From contig JAGIQG010000010.1 of NCBI GenBank assembly GCA_024679065.1, positions 12,834,001-12,898,000 of the forward strand: DNA of 64,000 nt. The letters run 5' to 3'. How positions within the stretch are numbered: position 1 is the stretch's first letter; the number at the start of each line of letters is the position of its first letter. Of this stretch, positions 27,501-41,028 are shown one piece after another. Below the pieces are notes generated by a model, which saw only the letters and a list, made by a program, of their open reading frames with translations, did not search any database and was not told where the DNA came from. The translations under genes were made by a program, and so were the position numbers. This stretch comes from Sphyrna mokarran. Lineage: Eukaryota.

Positions 27501-30500
27501 ACAGTATAGTGGAATTTTGTCAATCGCAGTAAGAAGTTACAATAAGAGTGCACAGAAAGCACAAGTCTTTGCTGCATTCTACTGCAGATGCTTGATTGAC
27601 TGACTAAATCATGCTTAGACTACACATCAGCCATTTTCCGAGTTATCACCATTAAAAAGTGCTCAGACGGTGCATGTGGCTAATTATCCATAATTATAAC
27701 TGGAGTTTGCCTATCATAGTTTTTGGCCTTGACTACAGAATCTAATGATCACAGTAATCTAAACATATAGCAGTAGGAAAAAAAAGTACAGACTTTTTAA
27801 TAGGCTTTTACATGGGTGGAGCTGACGTGGAAAGGCACTTCTGCCTGCATAATATATACTGCTGACCCTCATCTGTTTTCCAGTGTCAGGTAATTTACAT
27901 GTAAATGGTAATTGCCCATTGGAGATGCACTGGACCTCATCCAGGAGTGCAGAGGGGACAAGAACTGAAGAGAGGATTCAGAATTTAACATCCTGCCAGC
28001 TGGGTATATTAATTATGGGTATTAGATAGGAGCCCTCAAGGGAGGTGGGGTGGGCAATTGCCAAGGTAAGTGCACAATTAAAAGCTCATACTGGAGCACT
28101 TAGAGGCACAGAGGGGGAAGCATTATGATGGAAATACCAATTGGACTCAAATAGAATACTGATAGCATTTTGTAAATATAAACGAGGATGCACTAGCTCA
28201 AGTAGAACAAACATATTTGCAAAAAGCACACAACTATAGGCGAGAACCTTTAACAGCAACTGGACAATGAATGACATTTGCATTATTATGGAAAGCTCTT
28301 TGTTTGGGACAGAGAACAGACTGTTAGTGGCGAGCCTGTAGCAGATATCTTGGGAAGTGACTGGGAGGCATCACTTGTGCTCGTGCCCATCTGTGGACAG
28401 ACACTTCTATTAACGGACGCACAAAATGCCAAAAATCCAGCTATTTCTTCTTTGGGGCAAATTCCTGGCACTTTGATCACATCTGCTCCCTCCTGCCTAA
28501 ATTCTGCTTTATTTCAGACACACAAACATCAGAAAGCCTAAAATAACAAGTCTAATTTCTTAGACTTGTTTAAAGAATGCAGATAATCTAAATATCATTT
28601 CCCTTCTGAAGCAAATATTCTAAGGGACAGCAATATTTTACCAACCTGTTCTATATTCTCTTTGTTCACCTTGTTATCATCAACTTCTTCATCTTCAGAT
28701 TCCAAGGGAGCAGGAGTTAGGGATGCCACAAAATGCCACAGAATATCATGGAGAGCAGTTGTCTGAATTACACTGCACAATAGCCAGTTGAAGGCCTGTT
28801 TAAATTGAAAAACAGCCACCAAACATTTAAACTTTACTCCCTGGTCAAAATTTTGGAAGCTCTGCACTAAATTAATTAAACCAGTTGATCATAAACTTAA
28901 GACATGCCTGAATTCTTATCTACTGAATGCTTAAATGGCAAGCAGTATTTTGGCTGCTTCAAAATAGACACATTGATTATTGTACTGACCTCCAGTGCAT
29001 ACACTCTGCAAGCAGATTTCCTTAGAGCATGTCTCATTGCCATTTCCAATCCTTCTAGATCATGGTGCTGTATGACAAATGCTAGGACAGGCCACTGGAA
29101 ATTCCGTTCTCCTTTGGGCAATGAGCTGTGAGCCGAGATCAGGCGAGACAGCTCAGGGGATGGATGCCGAAGAAGAGACGACCCTACTTCTGTTAAAGAA
29201 CATATAATAGCTAAAACATTTGAAAATGAATGAGGCATTATAAGCTGTGTTGTAAATGGTTCGCTTTACTGAATCACTCATATCACTCCTCTATCTATTC
29301 CAATAGGAATAACAGCTTTGAAGGTTCACCACACCCTAGCGATCCATTTTCAAGTAGTAAATGGACAGGCTTTCCAAATATCTGCAACTGTAAGAAAGAC
29401 ATTTGGGACAATCCATCAGAATTGAAAGTTCTAACAGGCAGTTTACATCGAAGTACACAAATTTACATTACAGCAATTGTTAAGTGAGTTTATTTTTCCA
29501 TTGGATGGGCATATAAGATCACGGAAACATTATAACTATGACAACTTTGACAGAAGTGTCCAATTTAGCCCTACATTCCAGTTTTCTCTCCATAACCTTA
29601 CAAATTAACCAAGTGTGTGCTCCATTTTGGTCTCTTTTGTGTTCCAGTTTGTTTGGAATTTCCTGATGAATCTCTTACAACTGCTTTCACCTATTTTCAT
29701 CAATATAGCAGTTTTGAATGATATAAAAATACGGAGTACATAATGCTACTCCATTTCAGTAGGTCATCTTGCTTGATTTAAAACAATTTTAAAGAATTCT
29801 TCCACTCTTCTTGCAGCTTCTCATCACTTGGTTGCTTTTACATCATTCTCTCTTGTTTTTCATACTGACTAGTATCAGCTTTTAGTCAACTTAGTACTCT
29901 GTACCAAAAGCAGAATCCACTAACTCAGCAATGATCACTGAGGTGTGATGCAGAAGGACAATATGGAAATTGCAATTTATGACTATTAATGGCACTTATT
30001 CACAATATTTTTTTCTCCATCCATGGTCATGAAGATTTTCGGTAAAAAGTTTAGCACATTTTAATGAGCATTTTGATTTCCACATTCATGAGATAAAACA
30101 CGAATAAATTTATCTGAGCTCATAACATTAAAAAAATTAACTCTGTCACATAAGGCACCCTAAACAAGCTCTAGAATGTGAATAATACAGTGAATCCCAT
30201 CTCCAATCTACGCCTATATCTATATCTAAGGGTGGCAGAGTGATTAGCACTGCTGCTTCATAGCGCCAGGGATCTGGATTCAATTCCCGGCCTGGATCTG
30301 TGTGGAGTTTGCACGTTTTCCTTATGTGTGGGTTTCCTCCAGTTGCTTCGGTTTCTTCGCACAGCCTGAAAGAAATGCTAGTTAGGTGCATTGGCCATGC
30401 TAAATTCTCCCTCAGTGTGCCTGAACAGGCACCACTCTGAGTGTGGTGACTTGGGGGTTTTCACAGTAAATGCATTGCAGTATGAAAATAAGCTTACTAG

Positions 30501-33500
30501 TGACAAATAATACAAGTATGCTGGATAAGAAGATACAACAACTTATATTTACAGAACTATTAAATGTGAGAAAATATCCCAAAGTATGGAAGCATTATAA
30601 ATATTACATCAAGTCACATAAGGAACTATTAAAATCAGATGACCAAAAGCTTGGTTAAAAGGTTTTATGAAAAGGAGGAGAGAGATGGAGAGGCAGAGTG
30701 GTGTGTGTGTCTATGTCTCTGTGTGTCAGGGAAATTTCAGCGCTTAGGGCCTAGGCAGCTGGTTGCACAGCCACTAAAGATGGAACAATTAGAATCAGTG
30801 ATGCTCAAAAGGTCAGAATTGGATGACAGCATATATTTCAAAGTGTTGCGGAGCTGAAGGAGATTACATCGATTTAGAGATTATAGAGACACAAGCAAAG
30901 TGGCTATGTAATCAAATTGATTTGGTTAACCTGATTTTTACTTTTAAGAGGAATATTTTTCATAAATTTTAGGACAGGTCAAAAAAGGGGATTTGGCCTT
31001 ATTTGTATTAGACCAGCCTGTGCATCAATTGAGATATATCAATTAAAAAGTTCAAATTACGCTAGCCATGTTTATGCCCTCCAAATTCAAAAATGGCCCA
31101 ACTTTTCTTCAAAAACGATTATGAAAGTGGCACGAAGAATTGAAAGATAAACTATTGCATTGAGGCTGAATGAAACTGCAAAAAGGAATTTTACAGAAGG
31201 GTAGTAACTTATGCATTTTTGCAGTTTAAAAAATGGGTTAAGAATTGCAATTAAACTATTGTCAAATAATTGATTGGTGGTCCCATCTTTACAGCTAAAA
31301 AAATGACCACTTTTTACAGTCTGCCTATTAAAATGTTTCTATATAACAGTCCAGAATTTGCTTTAATGGTTCAGCAAGTGACACTTGCTATTCTTTTCAG
31401 TTGCCTATGCCAATTTAATTACTGCTACTTTCAGGAGGGCAAGGTGGAAAAAGGGTGAATAATACAAGCAACTGTGTATCTCCTTAAGCAATCAGATTGA
31501 AGGACTGTGCCATTAACTCAGCAAGGATTGAGAAGGACATATAGATTGATGAATATAATGTCCAATTAGTTTCAGAAAGAGTGTGAGAAAGGCAGAAACA
31601 AGAAATAAAAATCTCTGACAATAATTAAACTTAACAGAATGAGTCTTCACAGTTGTAATAGTTATTTTTCACTACAAGTTGTTGACTGGCTGTATTTAAC
31701 ACATCAAAATGGCATTTAGACTGAAATAGACAAGATTTGACTTGTGGTATGGTTTGCATCTATAATGCAAGTACAATGCTTTCACATGTAATGGAATTAA
31801 AACCCGCTTTCACAAAGATAACAGCAGAGCAACATTTTCTGACAAAAATTTTCAATTTCACTGCATTTTCCTTGCCTGAAATTGCTGTTTAGCATTAATA
31901 ACAGCAAGCACTATTATTATTATTTTGACAGCAAATTATGAATCAATAAATGCTTTTCAGATTGTGGTGATATAACACCTGCTCTTTTGCCTCATATTTC
32001 CTCATTGCTCAAGGTCCCAAACACTCCTTACAGGTGAAGCACAGATTTGCATTTACCTCTTGCAATTTCGTAGACAGTGTGCTCTGCTCACAAGGCACTC
32101 TCCTCTATTCAGGAACCCAAACAGATTCGGTGACTGCTTTGTTGAACACTTCCCTTCAATTCTAGTGACCTGCCATTGCTCTCAATGACATTTCTGTTCT
32201 TTGCTTACTGCATCGTCCAGGTGAAGCCCAATGCAAGTTGAAGGAACTGCATTGCATCTTTTGATTAGGCACTCTACAATTTTCACAACCACAGGGCTGA
32301 ACTATTCCAGTCAATAGCACACCTGTTCTAGAATACCTTTTGTTTCTTTTCTTCCCATTACCCTTCTCTTTGGTCCTGGAATAAAAATTCTGTCATTCAA
32401 TCTCTCCGGTTTTCCATGCTATCACAGGGCTTCCTTTTGTCCTTGCCCACCTACCCCTATTACATTTGATAAAAGCTCACAAGCCTGAATTTCACTCCAC
32501 AAATGTATTTCCAGCATATTCTGTTTTTATTTCAGAATGTGGATGTTTGCTTGTCTCCAAGATGTTAAGACCATACTGAAGTTTGATGTGACTGTGTTTT
32601 TGAGACAAAAAATATTGAAGAAAACAATGTTAAAGTAATCACCATCACAGCCAGAGACTTCTCACCTGCATCACCACTGTTAACTCTTCTCCTGGGAATA
32701 GCCTTCACACGGGCAGGTGAAGTAGAGTGCTGTTTGTCATATTCTGATGCAACAACTGAGTATGATCGTTGGAAGACACTACGCTTTGCTGTATCATTTT
32801 CCATAATAGGGCTTGTTTCAAGGCTGTAAAAACAGATCCAATACACCATCACATATATATGTTAAAGGAGTTATTAGTTTCCAACATCTGTCTTTAATAC
32901 CACCATAATTGTTCAAAATTACCTAGGAGGCATTGATTTCAGGTTGGTTTCAGGCTCATCAAATACATGAGGGCAGGCATCTGGTGTTACAGATATGTAT
33001 GGCGCTGGTACAGAGGTGGAACGAAGGTATCTCATTTCATCTTGGAACAGGTGATCATCGTGGTAGCCAGTAAAGTTCTCCGAGTGCTGTCTATTAGGCA
33101 GAGTTTCATAGATATGAATCACAGTTAGGTTGCAACAGCAAACAATTTTTACAAGGTAATACCTACTCAAAAGTCTATGTAGACTAAACCAGAAGATTGT
33201 AGGAGGATTGCGAAGATAGTTTCCTTAATATTATTTTAAGAATCAATGTGATTTCACAAATGAAAGACAATCAAGTCTCTGATTCAGAATTTTTTTGTTT
33301 TTAAAAAAAAAATCAGTAACAGATAAATCTTACAGTAGAAAATAAGAATTTTGTGTCGTACTGAATCATGCATACTAGAAAGGCCCGAGGTTTGGTCTCT
33401 AGTGTGTGCTGAGATGTTTTTAAGCAGCAAGGAAACTGACCTCATCTCTTTAGGCTGTTGAACAAGGAAATGATATGGGATGCTGTCGATAATTCTACCA

Positions 33501-36500
33501 ATTTCCTGCTGCTGGTATTCCCGCTCCAATATGATAGGCAACCACCCAACTTAATACAAAGGAATCAAATATCCAAATATTTCATTACCCATTTATTATA
33601 GAAATATTTGGATTCCCCAACACTTTATTTTTGGCCAGCTGGGGAAAAAAACTGGTTGGGATATTATTCAAAAAATTATGCTCACAATGCATGGTGCTTC
33701 TAATCATGGAATTGGACAGTAAAGTCAGGGTTTTAAAGGGTATGCATTGAGTTGCCAATCTCCATAAATGGCCCATTTACACAATTCCACTGTTCGTTTT
33801 GTACAAATGGCAGCTTGTGGAACATGGGTGGCACAGTGGTTAGCACTGCTGCCTCACAGCACCTGGGACCTGGGTTCAATTCCGGCCTCAGGTGATTGTC
33901 TATGTGGAGTTTGCACATTTCCCCTGCATCTACATGGGTTTCCTCCAGGTGCTCCAGTTTCCTCCCACAGTCTAGAAATGTGGGGGTTAGGTTGATTGGC
34001 CAAGATAACTTGCCCCTTAATGTCAAGAGGATTAGGAGGGTAAATATGTAGGATTACAGGTATAGGACAGGACCGAGGTGGGGTTGTCATCACTGCAGAC
34101 TCAAAGGGCCCAATGGCCTCCTCCTGCACTGTAGATTCTATGATTCTTGTCCTTGGCTCCTCTATTATTTTAAGAAATCGCTGGATACACACTCCATTAA
34201 ACTCACTACAGAAAGTTAGGGCTGGGACTTAACGTCACAAGTAATTTTCAAACGACAGAATGATTGTTAATATGCAATGTTGATCAACATTTCTGATTCA
34301 GAAAGGGAAGAATTTAAACTGTTCAATATCATACCTGCACATAATAGATTGTTGTTTGAACTTTGAAAAATGTCAAATTTTAAACCTTTTCTTTACCAAT
34401 CTTTTTTCTCTCTCGCCTAACTCAATTTTTATTTCCCTGTATTTATTTGTATTCAAATTGTCTCCAATTCATTAATTCTAAATACGCTTCTTCTCTGCTA
34501 GTTTTGTTTTGGTTCAATCTTTTAAATCCTATTGAACCAGATTCTGCAGTCAGTGGCGAAGCAAGGGCACTCGCCACTGACGTCAAAAAAGCTTCGGAGA
34601 TCTAGTTCTCCCCGTGGCAATAACTTCAACTCTTTAGCTGCGCAACTGATTGTGTTGTTGTTTAATGGAGATTCTTAGTCGCACTGTGGCAATGTCATCA
34701 AGTTATCCAGACAGTCAATCACATTGAAGAATTCATACATCTCCAGCCAACCTTGAACTGAAAAGCACGAATAATAAAATCATTTTCTAAAAGATTTAGA
34801 ATTAAATAAAGATTGGGTATTAAATTAGAAGTTGAAATATCAGGAACAAACTTAAAAAAAATAAAATTAACCATGATTAATAATGCACTGCCAATACATA
34901 TTTTCAGAGCCAGTTCCATTGCTCAGCAGCATTTATTAAAATTAAAAACCCAGTTATACCTCATTGTACAATTAAGTTTCTAACAAGTGATGCGAGAATA
35001 GAAAAGGGACGTTCTCATTAAATCATTTGATGCAACTTGGCTTAGGTGAGTGGGTCAACAGCACAGCCTCTAACAGAACAGTAAATGAAGGATGCAACCT
35101 CAGGATTACATTCTTGTGTTTGTGCTGGATCCTGAAGTACAGTCAAACTCGAAGCTGCAAATTCTGACAAAAACCCTAGTAAATCTGGGTCTGTGGTTAA
35201 GGAGATGGACTGTTGACTCCAGTGCTCACTAAGGTCACAGGTGCTTCACTACCCTTGCATTATCAGCTTATTTTTCCCACACATTATGCTGCACATTCTT
35301 GGAGCTGATGGGTATAGGTAAAAGTCAGTTTAACAAGCCATTCTGCAAGATGTCATGCACAAGTCTATTATTTGAGGGTTACACATTACTAACGCATTAA
35401 ATAATAAATTACACCAGTATACTTCCACCCTCACTGGGTGTAACATTTATGCTGCCCAAATATATACTTCTTGAACTACTACATTGCAACATCCAAATCT
35501 GAAAGATTTTCACACTTTTGGAAGGCTTCTTTGCCTATACGAGTTTGACATGGTTGTTTGTGAAGCCCTACAAAATGAAGGATTGGTGGGGTGGGGGGGC
35601 TGGTAATCAAAGATTTGTGAGGGGGAAAATCAAACTTTACACGATAGAGCTAATGCAACAGACAAAACAGTGATCTTTCTTCCTTTTACACCTTCAACAA
35701 ATTCTATTTCCTCTTCACCAGTTTTCATCATAGAACTTTATCATAGAAACCCTACATTTCAGAAAGGGGCTATTTGGCCCATCGAGTCTGCACCAACCAC
35801 AATCCTACCCAGGCCCTACCCCCAAATCCCTATATATTTTATCCACTAATCCCTCTAACCTACACACCTCAGGACATTCAGGAGCAATTTTAGCATGGCC
35901 AATCAACCTAACTCGCACATCTTTGGACGGGTTCATGTTTAATTTTAATAGCCCAACACTATTTGTTAAAAGACACTAACTTGTTAACTGGATGAAGTGA
36001 CAGAGGGGCTATATTTGTTGGCCATATAGAGCAGCAGGAGGAAGGACAAAGGCATAAAAATATCAAAAGAAAACCAAAACAAAAAGGTGACCACTAACAA
36101 AGTTCACGATTTAAAATAAACTTATCACCTTAAAGCTTCCAAATGCAAGGATAGATCAGAGCTAACCTTCATCAAGATAGTTCTCCAAACTATGAGTTAA
36201 GTTGTTAATTTTTGTTTTGGGTGACGATGGTTGAGGGATGAACACTTTAGTAGTCCCGTGGCATTTTAATACCAAACCCAACAAGTACATGGTACCTCAA
36301 TTTAACATTTCACTCCAGACATAACAGTTTTACTTCAACACTGTCCTGAGGTGTCAGCCTAGATTGTGTTTGCACACCTCATGTCTTGAGCACACATTTT
36401 TGACTCAGGGATACAAGTGTTATCAACTAATCTGAACTGGTACAATTGTTAAAGTTGCGTCGAGTCATTTTGTATCACAAGTGTAACTGTTTAATTTATT

Positions 36501-39500
36501 CTTGCACAATGGAATACTGTCCTACCTAATCAATCTTTACTGTATAGATACCATTGTTGAGCAAATCTGTTACGCTTTACCTTGCAAGAGTCTGTAGATA
36601 AAGGCATGGATATTTACTGGGCATCTCATCAGAGATGCCCTCTTTCAGACTTGGAAGATGTGAATGAAAAGGCCTTGGAGTATGGTAACAAAGAATATTT
36701 GGTTCTGCTGCACTACTCAGTGAGAGCAAAAACATTGCGTTGGCTTTAATCACTTGATGAGCTTCCATAGAGGGCAAGGCTCGTGGTGTCTTCACTTGCA
36801 CTGGCTTTTTTCTGGCTTGTTTCACCTGAAAAAGAAAAGCACTTTCTTTCACTTTAACGGAATGCCTTTTCCCAAAATTAAAACAAACTGGGAACTCGAA
36901 GCATTTTTTATTTAAAACTCAAAAGGATAAAAATATTTAACAAATATTCTATATTATCATATTTTATAAATAAAATCACAAAGGCAGAAACAAGTATTTA
37001 TAGAGGAATGGTTAAAAAATTGACATTTACTTGTAAAAGCAAAAAGGTCCCAAATAGTAAATGTTATATAAAATGAATACTCCAAATACACAGAATTCAT
37101 CCAACAACATAATTAATATCTATTCGTAAACAAGGGCAGAAACACTAGCTTTTCTTCAAACTACAACTGTTTTGGATAGTGCTACCTTTTGGATTATTTT
37201 CTTTGAGGTACCAAAAATTCTCATCAATATATAGTGTGCTTGGAAATAAAATCATCTCTGCACCAAAATTACAACTTTATTCTTCATTTCATGCAGTATT
37301 TCAAATTGGTTACATACTTGTGCAATGCAAAGCACTAGTGGAAAATGAAAAATATACAGTAAATTCAGACACCAAGCATGAATCTTAGTTTTGTAGGATT
37401 GCAGAATGTGTACCAAATTGCTTCACTCTTTTTTCAATGATAAATTGCTGTATGTGAAAAAGTTGGATTTTTAATCAAAACAATGGAAAGCATCCTTTCC
37501 AAATGTATTACAGCTTGTTATGGCCCCTGCTCAGACCAAGACCTCAAGAAACCACCAAAAGTTGTAAATAAAGCCCAATCCATCATGCAAACCAGTCTCC
37601 CATCCATTGACTGTCTACATTTCCCTCTGCCTTGGCAAAGCAGCCAACATAATTAAGGACCCCATGTACCCAAAACAGTACAAAGAACAAAACAGCACAG
37701 GAAACAGGCCCTTCGGACCAACAAGCCCAAGCAGTCTTCCACCACCTTCCATCAAGAAAAAGATACAAAAGTCTGAGATCACATACTAAGCATTTCAACA
37801 ACAGTCTGCCATCAGACTTTTGAACGGACCTACCTTACATTAAGTTGATCTTTCTTTACAGCCTAGCTATGATTGTAACACTATATTTTTCACTCTCTCT
37901 TTTCCTTCTATGTACTCAATGCTTGCTCGTATATTGCGCAAGAAACAATACTTTTCACTGTATCACAATACATGTGACAATAATAAATCAAATCACAATA
38001 TATACCAATCATTCTTAAACTTGAACTGTTCATCGTTAATGGAATCCAGTTTTTAACTTGACCTGCACAGCCCTTCCTAAACCACATGATCATCAGCTGA
38101 ATCTCTCGCTTCTAAGCACTACCAATGAGCTAAGTAGATATCAAACTGTAAATACTTTCATTTTTGGTTAACATTTAAGCTTCAGGGTGATGTTGAAAGC
38201 ACCATATTCTGTTTTTTTATTATTTTGATCAACTAGATGGGAATATTGGAGAAGAGTTTGATGTAGCAGCACAATTCACGTTTACCATTGGGAGCTAGTT
38301 GTAGCTCTGACTAATGGGATGAAAATTTTCCCTTTCTCAATTGTCTGCAAAAGTCCCAGACAAAATTTCACAAGCTCAAATCAATTCTTCATTTACCATA
38401 ACCACACGTTATTTGAACAAGTTCATTCAAAAAAGAGAGAAGAATGGTTAACACACGGGAAAGGTGTTCACTGCTGAGTGCTAATGAGATAAAAGTTTGT
38501 TGTTGAAGGAAAGTCAATATTGGTTTTATTCTGAAATCGAGCTTTCCTCGGGCTGACTTGGATGTCAATGAAATAAATCATTCCACTTAGAATACTGATG
38601 GCTTAAGCAGAGAATTCACCCCCACAATGAAGGCAGGGTCAAAGATTTATATTCATTAGGAAACTGTTTGAGTCAATTGAAGCATCATCCATTGACCACA
38701 ATACTTTCTTAAATTTATAATGGCAAAAGTTTAGTTTATTTATTAGTGTCACAAATAGGCTTACATTAAAATTACAATGAAGTCACTGCGAAATCCCCTA
38801 GTTGCCACAATTCAGTGCCTGATCGGGTAGACAGAAGGAGCATTTAGCACGACCAATGCACCTAACTAGCACGTCTTTTGGATTGTGGGGGGAAACCGGA
38901 GCACTCGGAGGAAACCCAAGCAGATTCAGACAGAATGTGCGGACACCACGCAGAAACTGATTAAAGCCAGGATTGAATCTGGGTCCCTGGCGCTGTGAGG
39001 CAACAATGCTAACCACCATACCATCCCTTGCACAATTTTGTATTTGTTCCTAAAGTGGAATATGCACAAAATTGCGCAGATTCATATATTTGCTCAGGAA
39101 CAGTATACTTAGTGAGATAAGAGCGCCTAAAAATCAGAGGATTACAATGCGCCATAAAGCTCAAACAAAAAACACCCCTCACTGGATAACTTCCACCTGA
39201 ATTGAAGCCCAATCCACGTAGCAATCAAGCTGCGCATCCTGAAGTAACACGGTGAAGTATCAGTCCATAATCTGCTCCTCGGATTCCTTTACTGAGCATA
39301 GGAGTCAATTTTAATGTTCAAAGGAGTACATACCTTCTCACGAGCTGCAGCTTGTTTCTCCCTGAGATATTTTTCTCTGCAACGATCACATACAAGATAC
39401 CAGGTGCTTCCTCCAACTCCTCCATCACCACAGTTCCCTGCCCAACCACCGCAGAAGTGACCAATGCTATTATAGCCCTGTCCTCCAGCATAGCGACCAC

Positions 39501-40984
39501 AACCTTTTGCAAACAGATACAGAAAAAGCTCTTTTAGATTGAACAAGCAGATTAACTTCATATTCTTTCGGTGTCAAATTTAGTGGCTGTTCAACTGCCT
39601 ATATAGAATTGATGAAAATCACAAGACAGATTGTAACAGGTATTAGAGGGAAATGGGTAAAGCTCATGGCAGATGAACTGTAACACTGATGTGTTAAATA
39701 CATTTTAACACAAATGCATTTAAGAGAATAAGGAGAAACAATAAATGGTAGGATTTTAAAGAAATGCTGGAACAGAGTGCAAGTTGGGAAGGTTGCTAAA
39801 AAACATGTGGGTTCTTTGGTTTTATTAAGCAACGTTGAGTGCAAATGCAGGGTTGTTATTCTAAAAAGTCCAAGCAGTACTGAGGGACTGCTGCAATTCT
39901 GAGAGTGCAATCTCATGGAGAAGTTATCTTTCAGATGAGATGTTAAACTAAGATTCCATCCGCTCTGCTGGATGTGGAAGATTCCTTCGGACAAGCCACC
40001 GAATTCTTCCCAGCAGCTTGACCAATATCAGTCAATTCACTTAAACAAATTATCTGGTCATTAATTCATTATATTTTTTGTGGGATCTTGCTCAAGACCG
40101 AGATTTGAAGTGTTGACACATGGACCTTGAGAAAATTGGATACTCAGATTAGGAAGTGTGAAATGTGGTTCTGAAGCAGGATGGAGTGAGTCAGTTGGGG
40201 AGAACACAAGAACAACAAAGTAGTTCTCAGGATAGTCAGGGAAGAAAGATCTGATATAAGAATTCGGAGCAGGAATAGGCCATTTGGCCCCTTAAGCTTG
40301 CTCTGCCATTCAGTAAGATCATAATTGCTTCAATTGTGGCCTCAACTCCACGTTGCACTGCCCCAATAACCTTCGACCTCCTTGTTAGTCAATAATCTAT
40401 CTACCTCCGATACCACTTCCACCACATTCTGGATCAGAGAATTCCAAAGATCCACGAGAAATTTTTCTCATCTGTCTTAAAGGCAAATCCCTTATTTTTA
40501 AACCTGGTTCTAGTCCCTCCCACACGGGAAAACATGCTTTCAGCATTCATCATGACACATCTCGTTAGGAGCTTAGATGTTTCAACAAGATCATCTGTCA
40601 ATCTCCTAAACTCCAGTAGATGCATGTCCAGCTGTCAGATCACTGGGTGAAAAAGAACATGAGCAGCCGCAGGTTACAACCAGGAATCAATGGAGGCAGC
40701 TCCTGGCAAATGGGGTGGATGGATGGAGGCTAGCCTTGAGGTGGTTGAAAATTGAGGCTGGGGGGAAATCAATCTTGCTCTTCTTGGTCAATAAGTCACT
40801 TACCTCAAAAGAATCAGCAGCTTGGTTCAGCTGCCAACATTTCTGCAGTTTGGGCATAGTCCACACACACCTAATTCAGTGCTACAACTTTACTATGTTA
40901 ATTATGCCTTACCTGCTGTTTTAAGAGTATTTCGGGGAGCAATTTCTGCGATTCAAACTTTAAAACTGAGGGGGACGGGAAGGT

Positions 40985-41028
<44 letters not shown>

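Noticed and set aside
33826-33900. tRNA-like A/B boxes
   Set aside because: SINE head, continuous with the SINE core and tail; not a tRNA gene.
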